Positions 1-9,404 of a DNA stretch of 64,000 nucleotides are shown here, piece after piece; the stretch's first letter is position 1; every line of letters begins with the position of its first letter. Location: contig NC_135815.1 in NCBI RefSeq assembly GCF_964213995.1, positions 73,594,001 to 73,658,000 on the forward strand. Direction: 5' to 3'. Under the pieces are notes generated by a model. The model saw only the letters and a list, made by a program, of their open reading frames with translations. It was not told where the DNA came from and ran no database searches. Source of the DNA: Mustelus asterias. Its lineage: Eukaryota. The position numbers were made by a program, and so were the translations under genes.

Positions 1-1958
1 CACGAAAATGGCTGGAATTGCGGATAGCGAAGAGCATTGTCGGGCAATACAGCAGGATATAGATAGGCTGGAAAATTGGGCGGAGAGGTGGCAGATGGAG
101 TTTAATCCGGATAAATGCGAAGTGATGCATTTTGGAAGAAATAATGTAAGGAGGAGTTATACAATAAATGGCAGAGTCATCAGGAGTATAGAAACACAGA
201 GGGACCTAGGTGTGCAAGTCCACAAATCCTTGAAGGTGGCAACACAGGTGGAGAAGGTGGTGAAGAAGGCATATGGTATGCTTGCCTTTATAGGACGGGG
301 TATAGAGTATAAAAGCTGGAGTTTGATGATGCAGCTGTATAGAACGCTGGTTAGGCCACATTTGGAGTACTGCGTCCAGTTCTGGTCGCCGCACTACCAG
401 AAGGACGTGGAGGCATTGGAGAGAGTGCAGAGAAGGTTTACCAGGATGTTGCCTGGTATGGAGGGTCTTAGCTATAAGACCATAAGACCATAAGACATAG
501 GAGCGGAAGTAAGGCCATTCGGCCCATCGAGTCCACTCCACCATTCAATCATGGTTGATTTCAACTCCATTTACCCGCTCTCTCCCCATAGCCCTTAATT
601 CCTCGAGAAATCAAGAATTTATCAATTTCTGTCTTGAAGACGCTCAACGTCTCGGCCTCCACAGCCCTCTGTGGCAATGAATTCCACAGACCCACCACTC
701 TCTGGCTGAAGAAATTTCTCCTCATCTCTGTTCTAAAGTGACTCCCTTTTATTCTAAGGCTGTGCCCCCGCGTCCTAGTCTCCCCTGTTAATGGAAACAA
801 CTTCCCTACGTCCATCCTATCTAAGCCGTTCATTATCTTGTAAGTTTCTATCAGATCTCCCCTCAACCTCCTAAACTCCAATGAATATAATCCCACGATC
901 CTCAGACGTTCATCGTATGTCAGGCCTACCATTCCTGGGATCATCCGTGTGAATCTCCGCTGGACCCGCTCCAGTGCCAGTATGTCCTTCCTGAGGTGTG
1001 GGGCCCAAAATTGCTCACAGTACTCCAAATGGGGCCTAACCAGTGCTTTATAAAGCCTCAGAAGTACATCCCTGCTTTTGTATTCCAAGCCTCTTGAGAT
1101 AAATGACAACATTACATTTGCTTTCTTAATTACGGACTCAACCTGCAAGTTTACCTTTAGAGAATCCTGGACTAGGACTCCCAAGTCCCTTTGCACTTTA
1201 GCATTATGAATTTTGTCACCGTTTAGAAAATAGTCCATGCCTCTATTCTTTTTTCCAAAGTGTACGACCTCGCACTTGCCCACGTTGAATTTCATCAGCC
1301 ACTTCTTGGACCACTCTCCTAAACTGTCTAAATCTTTCTGCAGCCTCCCCACCTCCTCAATACTACCTGCCCCTCCACCTATCTTTGTATCATCGGCAAA
1401 CTTGGCCAGAATGCTCCCAGTCCCGTCATCTAGATCGTTAATATATAAAGAGAACAGCTGTGGCCCCAACACTGAACCCTGCGGGACACCACTTGTCACC
1501 GGTTGCCATTCTGAGAAAGAACCTTTTATCCCAACTATGAGGAGAGATTGGGTAGACTGGGGTTGTTCTCCTTGGAAAGACGGAGAATGAGGGGAGATCT
1601 AATAGAGGTATACAAGATTATGAAGGGTATAGATAGGGTGAACAGTGGGAAGCTTTTTCCCAGGTCGGAGGTGACGATCACGAGGGGTCACGGGCTCAAG
1701 CTGAGAGGGGCGAAGTATAACTCAGACATCAGAGGGACGTTTTTTACACAGAGGGTGGTGGGGGCCTGGAATGCACTGCCAAGTAGGGTGGTGGAGGCAG
1801 GCACGCTGACATCGTTTAAGACTTACCTGGATAGTCACATGAGCAGCCTGGGAATGGAGGGATACAAACGATTGGTCTAGTTGGACCAAGGAGCAGCACA
1901 GGCTTGGAGGGCCGAAGGGCCTGTTTCCTGTGCTGTACTGTTCTTTGTTCTTTGTTCT
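1..1958 (+). mobile_element. CR1/HER1-type LINE, 3' portion (RT C-terminus plus 3' UTR), split by an antisense CR1 at 476-1534
   Basis: ORFs 8..493 and 1548..1880 join across the insertion (...GMEGLSY|EERLGRLGLFSLERRR...). CR1 motifs WQMEFNPDKC and LVRPHLEYCVQFWSP, 3' hairpin GGGCCGAAGGGCC and (TGTTCTT)n tail ending near 1958. Confidence 0.93.
476..1534 (-). mobile_element. 5'-truncated CR1 LINE (different subfamily) inserted antisense into another CR1
   Basis: Uninterrupted 312-aa RT frame 561..1499 (SGVPQGSVLGP, FADD). (TCTTATGG)n tail at 476-500. CTAT at both junctions (472-475, 1535-1538). Confidence 0.95.
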
Positions 1959-1959
1959 T

Positions 1960-2941
1960 CTGTTTTACTGGCGTTAAGGTCTAGGGGTCTTCCAGTCTCC
2001 CGTTGGCAAGAGGTACTTTCTGATGCGCTCCATTCAATCCGGTCCCTCCTGTGTACGGCAACCAACGCTACCCCACATGAGCGGATGTTTACCTTCTCTA
2101 GGAAGTCTTCCTCTGGGACCTCACTGCCGTCTTGGTTGACGTACTCAGGACCTGTCCTCCTGCGGCGGCATGTTAGGGCCCGCAAGTCCGACCCTTTGGT
2201 TGAACAGGTCCATCTCCTCCACGCCAACCCTCAATATGCCTATGTGGCATATCCTGACGGGCGAGAGGACACGGTCTCTATCAGAGATCTGGCGCCTGCA
2301 GGGGACCTGGAAACCCCCGTCACTCCCGCACCCCTGGTTAGGATTCCTTTGCCCATTCTCTCCCCTCCTGACACGGCGTGGGCAGCATCGGGACCTCAAC
2401 TTAATCCTCTTACTCCCGTGTACAGCTTGACTCAGGAGATTGTCGCCACCTCGAGGTCCACAGGCGTGTGAGGATCTGGAGGAGTCACTGGACACCACCT
2501 CGGAGAGACGGTCGTCACCACGGTCACCAGAACCGGCACTGGAGCCAGTGCTGCGGAGGTCGCAGAGACGGTGCGGACCTCCGATACGGCTGAACTTGTG
2601 AACATGTGGACAGTTCGTATTGTCTCCTTACCCCACCGGCCTTTGTTTTTAAAGGAGGGGTGAATGTGGTGAACCATAGATGGTTACCACTATGGGTACT
2701 TGTACATATGTTACTCTTGTTACTGTTGGGGTTAGGGTTGGGGTGTTCCACCTGTTAGCATTGTTCTGTGGTACACTCCGTTTGGCTCTGCCTTCTTACA
2801 GGAGTATAAAGGTCACTGCTACTTCCTAGAAGCCCTTAGTCTGAGATAGTATTGTTAAGCAGTATGCTCTATTCTTGTTGTGAATAAAAGCCTTTATTCC
2901 CGGGTACGTCCTAGCCTCCCGAGTGAATTAATCGCGCATCA
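1960..2941 (+). mobile_element. Gypsy/Ty3 LTR retrotransposon 3' end: integrase C-terminus, polypurine tract and 3' LTR
   Basis: WQEVLSDALHSIRSLLCTATNATPHERMF (integrase C-term). PPT AAAGGAGGGGTGAA 2651-2664. LTR TG...CA 2665-2941 with TATAAA (~2805) and AATAAA (2883-2888). Confidence 0.85.
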
Positions 2942-3233
2942 GTCAGTTAGTGTGTTTTTTTTTTGGCCTTTACTTTTGTAGTAGTATTTTTCTTAAGTTT
3001 AAAGTGAAAACCGGAAGTGGGCTGCTAAGGAGTCTGGGAAGGGTTTTTTAAGCGTGTGAAGTATAAAAGGTAGGCTGCAGTATACAGCGGGCAGCGTCGG
3101 GAGCGGGCAGTGGAGTGTGTGGGAAGCAGAGTGTGAGCTATAAGGGCTTTGGCTTAGGCAGAAACGGCGAGCATGGGTGAGTTTAATTCATTTTTGCTGT
3201 TTCTACCTGGTACTGGCAAGGTATCTAGAGGGG

Positions 3234-4160
3234 ATGGGTGTGCAGGCAGTGCTATGTTCCTCTTGCACTATGTTTGAGGTGAGGGACTCCGTCAGTGTCC
3301 CTGCTGATTACACCTGTGGGAAGTGCACCCATCTGCAGCTCCTCCAAAACCGTGTTAGGGAACTGGAGCTGGAATTGGATGAACTTAGGATCATTAGGGA
3401 CGCAGAGGTGGCCATAGACAGAAGCTTTAGGGATACAGTTACTCCGAGGAATGAAAATAGATGGGTGACGGTGAGAGGGGCTGGGAGGAAGCAGTCAGTG
3501 CAGGGATCCCCTGTGGTCGTTCCCCTTAGCAACAAGTATTCCGCTTTGGATACGGTTGAGGGGGACGACACACCAGTGGTGAGCCGCAGTGAGAGGATCT
3601 CCAGCACTGTGTCCGTCTCTGTGGCTCGGGAGGGTAAGGGGGAGAGCGGGAGGGCAATAGTTATTGGGGACTCGTTAGTTAGAGGGATAGATAGGAGGTT
3701 CTGTGGCAGCAAAAGAGACTCGAGGATGGTATGTTGCCTACCGGATGCCAGGATCCGTGATGTCTCGGAACGTGTTTTCCGGATTCTTAAGGGGGAGGGG
3801 AAACAGTCACAAGTCGTGGTACACATTGGTACCAACGACATAGGTAAGAGAAGGGACGGGGATTTAAAACAGGAATTTCGGGAGCTGGGCTGGAAGTTGA
3901 GAGCCAAGACAAAACATGTGGTCATCTCTGGTACGTTACCGGTGCCACGTGATAGCGAGTTGAGGAACAGGGAGAGAGTGCAGTTAAACATGTGGTTGCA
4001 GGGATGGTGTAGGAGGGAGGGTTTCAGATATGTGGATAATTGGAACACATTCTGGGGAAGGTGGGACCTGTACAAACAGGACAGGGTGCACCTGAACCAG
4101 AGGGGCACCAATATCCTGGGAGGGAAATTTGATACGGCTCTTCAGGGGGATTTAAACTAA
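3234..4160 (+). CDS. CR1 ORF1p: CxxC...CxxC zinc finger/leucine zipper plus SGNH esterase domain (308 aa from first ATG)
   Basis: CSSC...CGKC followed by heptad LQNRVRELELELDEL. SGNH blocks IVIGDSLVRG, VHIGTND and D-x-x-H (DRVHLN). The track start at 3177 is GTG; the first ATG is 3234. Confidence 0.92.
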   Translation: MGVQAVLCSSCTMFEVRDSVSVPADYTCGKCTHLQLLQNRVRELELELDELRIIRDAEVAIDRSFRDTVTPRNENRWVTVRGAGRKQSVQGSPVVVPLSNKYSALDTVEGDDTPVVSRSERISSTVSVSVAREGKGESGRAIVIGDSLVRGIDRRFCGSKRDSRMVCCLPDARIRDVSERVFRILKGEGKQSQVVVHIGTNDIGKRRDGDLKQEFRELGWKLRAKTKHVVISGTLPVPRDSELRNRERVQLNMWLQGWCRREGFRYVDNWNTFWGRWDLYKQDRVHLNQRGTNILGGKFDTALQGDLN

Positions 4161-7057
4161 TTTGTCAGGGGAGTAGGAAAAGGAGTTGTAGTCCAGATGT
4201 CAGTGTTGAGGGTGGTGAGGTATTGGGGAAGGTATCAAGGTCAAGGGTGGGTACCGGTAGACAGGAAGGTGGGTTGAAGTGTGGCTACTTCAATGCAAGG
4301 AGCATCCGGAACAAGGTAGATGAACTTGGGGCGTGGATTGGTACTTGGGACTACGATGTTGTGGCCATTACGGAGACGTGGGTAGAACAAGGACAGGAAT
4401 GGTTGTTGGACGTTCTGGGGTATAGATGTTTCACTAAGTGTAGGGAAGCTGGTAAAAGAGGTGGAGGAGTAGCATTGTTAATCAAGGATAGTTTAACGGC
4501 TGCGGAAAGGCACTTCGAGGGGGATCTGCACACTGAGGTAATATGGGCTGAGGTTAGAAATAGGAAAGGAGCGGTCACGTTGTTAGGAGTTTACTATAGG
4601 CCCCCAAATAGTAATAGAGATGTGGAGGAAGAAATTGCTAAGCAGATTATGGATATGTGTTGGGGTCACAGGGTAGTGGTCATGGGGGACTTTAACTTTC
4701 CAAATATTGATTGGAACCTTTGTAGGTCAAATAGTTCGGATGGGGCAGTTTTTGTGCAGTGTGTGCAGGAGGGTTTCCTGACACAATATGTGGATAGGCC
4801 GACAAGAGGTGAGGCCACATTGGATTTGGTACTGGGAAATGAACCGGGACAAGTGTTAGATTTGGTTGTGGGAGAGCACTTTGGAGATAGTGACCACAAT
4901 TCGGTGTCTTTTGTTATTGCAATGGAGAGGGATAGGGCCGTACGGCAGGGCAAGGTTTACAATTGGGGGAAAGGTAAATTTGATGTGATTAGGCAAGAAT
5001 TAGGGGGCATAAGATGGGAACAGAAACTGTCAGGGAAAGGCACTAATGAAAAGTGGAACTTTTTCAAGGAACAAATACTGGGTGTCCTTGATAGGTATGT
5101 CCCTGTCAGGCAGGGAGGAAATGGCCGAGTGAGGGAACCATGGTTCACGAAAGAGGTGGAATGTCTTGTGAAAAGGAAGAGGGAAGCTTATGTAGGGATG
5201 AGGAAACAAGGTTCAGATGGCTCGATTGAGGGTGACAAGTTAGCAAGGAATGAGCTGAAAAAGGGGCTTAGGAGAGCTAGAAGGGGACATGAGAAGTCCT
5301 TGGCGGGTCGGATCAGGGAAAACCCCAAGGCTTTTTACTCTTATGTGAGGAATAAAAGAATGACCAGGGTGAGGTTAGGGCTGGTCAAGGACAGTAGTGG
5401 GAACTTGTGTATGGAGTCAGTAGAGATAGGCGAGGTGATGAATGAATACTTTTCTTCAGTGTTCACCAAGGAGAGGGGCCATGTTTTTGAGGAAGAGAAG
5501 GTGTTACAGGCTAATAGGCTGGAGGAAATAGATGTTCGGAGGGAGGATGTCCTGGCAGTTTTGAATAAACTGAAGGTCGATAAGTCCCCTGGGCCTGATG
5601 AAATGTATCCTAGGATTCTTTGGGAGGCAAGGGATGAGATTGCAGAGCCTTTGGCTTTGATCTTTGGGTCCTCACTGTCCACGGGGATGGTGCCAGAGGA
5701 CTGGAGAGTGGCGAATGTTGTTCCTCAGTTTAAGAAAGGGAATAGAAATGACCCTGGTAATTATAGACCGGTTAGTCTTACTTCGATGGTTGGTAAATTG
5801 ATGGAAAAGGTCCTTAGGGATGGGATTTACGACCGTTTAGAAAGATGCGGATTAATCCGGGATAGTCAGCACGGATTCGTGAAGGGCAAGTCGTGCCTCA
5901 CAAATTTGATTGAATTTTTTGAGGAGGTAACTAAGTGTGTTGATGAAGGTAGGGCAGTTGATGTCATATACATGGATTTTAGTAAGGCCTTTGATAAGGT
6001 CCCCCATGGTCAGCTTATGATGAAAGTAAGGAGGTGTGGGATAGAGGGAAAGTTGGCAGATTGGATAGGTAACTGGCTATCTGATCGAAGACAGAGGGTG
6101 GTGGTGGATGGAAAATTTTCGGACTGGAGGCAGGTTGCTAGCGGAGTGCCACAGGGATCAGTGCTTGGTCCTCTGCTCTTTGTGATTTTTATTAATGACT
6201 TAGAGGAGGGGGCTGAAAGGTGGATCAGTAAATTTGCTGATGACACCAAGATTGGTGGAGTAGTGGATGTGGTGGAGGGCTGTTGTAGGCTGCAAAGAGA
6301 CATAGATAGGATGCAAAGCTGGGCTGAAAAATGGCAAATGGAATTTAACCCTGATAAATGTGAGGTGATTCATTTTGGTAGGACTAATTTAAATGTGGAT
6401 TACAGGGTCAAAGGTAGGGTTCTGAAGACTGTGGAGGAACAGAGAGATCTTGGGGTCCATATCCACAGATCTCTAAAGGTTGCCACTCAAGTGGATAGAG
6501 CTGTGAAGAAGGCCTATAGTGTGTTAGCTTTTATTAACAGGGGGTTGGAGTTTAAGAGCCGTGGAGTTATGCTGCAACTGTACAGGACCTTGGTGAGACC
6601 ACATTTGGAATATTGTGTGCAGTTCCGGTCACCTCACTATAAGAAGGATGTGGAAGCGCTGGAAAGAGTGCAGAGGAGATTTACCAGGATGCTGTCTGGT
6701 TTGGAGGGTAGGTCTTATGAGGAAAGGTTGAGGGAGCTAGGGCTGTTCTCTCTGGAGCGGAGGAGGCTGAGGGGAGACTTAATAGAGGTTTATAAAATAA
6801 TGAAGGGGATAGATAGAGTCAACGTTCAAAGACTATTTCCTCGGGTGGATGGAGCTATTACAAGGGGGCATAACTATAGGGTTCGTGGTGGGAGATATAG
6901 GGAGGATATCAGAGGTAGGTTTTTTACGCAGAGAGTGGTTGGGGTGTGGAATGGACTGCCTGCAGTAATAGTGGAGTCAGACACTTTAGGAACATTTAAG
7001 CGGTTATTGGATAGGCACATGGAGCATACCAGGATGATCGGGAGTGGGATAGCTTGA
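4151..7057 (+). CDS. CR1 ORF2p: APE endonuclease plus reverse transcriptase (frame open from 4133; no AUG until 4649)
   Basis: APE motifs YFNARS, ITET, YRPP, MGDFN, LDLV, SDH. RT motifs YRPVSL, DFSKAFDKV, GVPQGSVLGP, FADD. No internal stops. The track start at 4223 is TTG. Confidence 0.93.
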   Translation, partial: FKLICQGSRKRSCSPDVSVEGGEVLGKVSRSRVGTGRQEGGLKCGYFNARSIRNKVDELGAWIGTWDYDVVAITETWVEQGQEWLLDVLGYRCFTKCREAGKRGGGVALLIKDSLTAAERHFEGDLHTEVIWAEVRNRKGAVTLLGVYYRPPNSNRDVEEEIAKQIMDMCWGHRVVVMGDFNFPNIDWNLCRSNSSDGAVFVQCVQEGFLTQYVDRPTRGEATLDLVLGNEPGQVLDLVVGEHFGDSDHNSVSFVIAMERDRAVRQGKVYNWGKGKFDVIRQELGGIRWEQKLSGKGTNEKWNFFKEQILGVLDRYVPVRQGGNGRVREPWFTKEVECLVKRKREAYVGMRKQGSDGSIEGDKLARNELKKGLRRARRGHEKSLAGRIRENPKAFYSYVRNKRMTRVRLGLVKDSSGNLCMESVEIGEVMNEYFSSVFTKERGHVFEEEKVLQANRLEEIDVRREDVLAVLNKLKVDKSPGPDEMYPRILWEARDEIAEPLALIFGSSLSTGMVPEDWRVANVVPQFKKGNRNDPGNYRPVSLTSMVGKLMEKVLRDGIYDRLERCGLIRDSQHGFVKGKSCLTNLIEFFEEVTKCVDEGRAVDVIYMDFSKAFDKVPHGQLMMKVRRCGIEGKLADWIGNWLSDRRQRVVVDGKFSDWRQVASGVPQGSVLGPLLFVIFINDLEEGAERWISKFADDTKIGGVVDVVEGCCRLQRDIDRMQSWAEKWQMEFNPDKCEVIHFGRTNLNVDYRVKGRVLKTVEEQRDLGVHIHRSLKVATQVDRAVKKAYSVLAFINRGLEFKSRGVMLQLYRTLVRPHLEYCVQFRSPHYKKDVEALERVQRRFTRMLSGLEGRSYEERLRELGLFSLERRRLRGDLIEVYKIMKGIDRVNVQRLFPRVDGAITRGHNYRVRGGRYREDIRGRFFTQRVVGVWNGLPAVIVESDTLGTFKRLLDRHMEHTRMIGSGIA

Positions 7058-9161
7058 TCTTGGTTTCAGATAAAGCTCGGCACAACATCGTGGGCCAAAG
7101 GGCCTGTTCTGTGCTGTACTGTTCTATGTTCTAAAATAGATTTTACAAGTTGGCTCAGATGTCCACTCATGTTATTAATCTCAATCAAAAAGTCCTTCAA
7201 ACTCTGTCTTCTTCACAAAGAATTTCAGCTCCTCTCCTGCTAGGGTTTAGCCTGATCCTTAACCAATTACAACACACAACTAATTTGGGTTCCATGGACA
7301 TGCTCTTCACCAAAAATGGCAGGCATCTGCAGAACCTCCTCAACTCTGCTTACAATAGTCTTGATGGTCTCGATTCACCATTTTTATCAGCAACAACTAT
7401 GGCAGGGATTCTCCTAAAACAAAACTAAGTGCCCAATGGGAGAGAAAATGGGAGAATTTCCCACCCATTTTTTGGGTATACTTACCTGAATGAATCTCCG
7501 ACGCTCTGTGCAATGCAAAGTTCCATAGAAAGATTCACACTGAGAAGTGGGAGAGGGGACCTTATCCTGCTCGGGAGGCCGACAGCATGGTGCTGAGTGG
7601 GCCACTGCGAAAGCACCAATCTGTGAGTGAGGAGATCAGAGCATGCGCACTGGCCCCCCATCGCTGACCTCCTGATCGTTGGCCACCCTGATGTTTCTGA
7701 AAACTACCTCCCCCCCCCAATCACTCTCCTCTTGACACCACCAACCCCTCGATCGCTTGCCTTCTCGAAAACCCGCCCCCCAGTTGCTGGCTTACCGGAA
7801 CCCACCTCCCCAGCCAGCCACAACCTCTGCCCCTCAGCCCCAATCTACCCCCATGATGAGCCCCAACCCTCCTGATGACCAGCTCCAATTGCCCCCTCAC
7901 TCCCTCCCCCACCGATCCCACTTGCAGAGTGGCAGCAAGTACCCCCCACAATCAATCAGCCCTGCCCCCTTGGCACTGCCCGGTGCTGGGTGGGCAGTGC
8001 CAAGGTGCCTGGTGGCAGTGCCAGTGTGCCCCTTGGGCAGTGCCAGGGTGTGAGGCTGGCACAGCCCAAGGGGCAACCTCCTTGACTCCAACCTCTTGGG
8101 GGGGTGCCTCAATGGTTTCTGTCCCCACCAGCAGGGTGAGGACACCTGTTGCCTGTTAGTGGGGAGCAATTGTAAATCCTGTTGGTGGGAACCTCTCCCA
8201 GCTGGGTGGGAGACACTAGCGAGCCCAGTGACTACCGTCCCGAGCTCACTAATCATATTGAAAAAGCGATTTCAATATGATAATCAGCTCTGCACTGATT
8301 TCCGGCACGGAGCTTATTTGTGATGCTTGTGTACCTTTAAGAAAAGTTTTTTAAAAAATCATGTTTTTTCATTGTTGCCGGGCTGTCTAGTTAGAAGTCC
8401 TTTTGTTGCTGCTTCAATGGCTTAAATTAGGTTTTGTTTATTTTTACTCTGGACCTCAGGTACTGTCTGGGATTTTTTATGATCTTGCATTGTGAGAGGG
8501 AAGATTGACTGACAAGTCAAAGTCAAGTGGTTCCTCCCCAGAAAAATCTAAGGATTCATTTTCAGTTTTAGTTTAGAAGGGGGTGGACAGCAGACAGAAA
8601 AGCATTGTTTGTTTCTCCCTCCCTGGCATTGGAAATTCTGCTGGATAGCTGGAAGCAAGGCTTTTTTCCTTCCTGGAGTGCAAAAATCTGCTGTTGGTAG
8701 TTGGCTTGCCTCAGGTCTGTCTCTCCCTGGTGTTTTGGGGAGTTGTTCTGTAAATGCATCAAGAGAACTGCAACATTCGATCAAAGGTCTAAGTTTCAGC
8801 ATCACTTGAGCATTTGTATTTTCTGTGCTAAACTTATGGCCAAGGTTTTGTGTAAGGAAGTTTGTTTGATTGGAACATTTCTTATATTCATTAATGGATA
8901 TAAAATATCATGGCTGTTTTCTTTTGTTCATCGATGTCAGTGGTAGGGAAATTATTGGAGAGGATTCTTTAAGACAGGGTTTACTCCCAATTGGAAATAA
9001 GTGGACGTATTAGTGAGAGACAACATGGTTTTGTGAAGGGGAGGTTGTGCCTCACTAACTTGATCGAGTTTTTCAAGGAAGTGACGAAGATGATTGCTGA
9101 GGGTAGGGCAGTGGATGTTGCCTACATGGACTTCAATAAGGCCTTTAACAAGAATCCTCAT

Positions 9162-9404
9162 TAAGAAGTCTCACAACACCAGGTTAAAGTCCAACAGGTT
9201 TATTTGGTAGCACAAGCTTTCGGAGCATTGCCCCTTCATCAGGTGAGTGGGAGTTGTGTTCACACAACTGATGTTGTGTGAACTCCCACTCACCTGATGA
9301 AGGGGCAGTGCTCCAAAAGCTTGTGCTACCAAATAAACCTGTTGGATTTTAATCTGGTGTTGTGAGACTTCTTACTGTGCTTATCCCAGTCCAATGCCAG
9401 CATC
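9162..9404 (+). mobile_element. Penelope-like element end (pLTR) with inverted 5' copy (fold-back)
   Basis: Matches the 3' end of the Penelope at 22798. Inverted arms of ~105 bp. Imperfect 12-13 bp TSD (C)AAGAATCCTCAT / (C)AAGGTCCCTCAT in the host CR1. Confidence 0.85.
9211..9247 (-). ncRNA. Minimal type I hammerhead ribozyme core (Penelope-associated)
   Basis: Minus strand reads CTCAC-CTGATGA-AGGGGCAATGCTCC-GAAA-GCTT-GTG. The + strand twin (9289-9325) has GAAA mutated to AAAA. Confidence 0.6.

Larger units (their letters stand above)
2942..7133 (+). mobile_element. Full-length CR1/HER1-type LINE with 5' UTR, ORF1, ORF2 and 3' tail
   Basis: Two stop-free ORFs. 5' UTR has CCGGAAGTG (3011) and TATAAAA (3062). 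3' hairpin plus (TGTTCTA)n tail ending near 7133. No TSD seen. Confidence 0.95.

Noticed and set aside
1881-2471. 196-aa ORF as a host gene
   Set aside because: A chance join of the CR1 3' UTR to a Gypsy integrase tail.
3863-3869. Second in-phase slippery-like heptamer T_TTA_AAA inside ORF1
   Set aside because: The -1 frame stops at TGA about 29 codons later (3950), so it cannot reach ORF2. It also shows that such heptamers can arise by chance.
3308-4111. 267-aa antisense ORF over CR1 ORF1, and similar antisense ORFs over ORF2
   Set aside because: Shadow frames of purine-rich coding sequence with no recognisable motifs.
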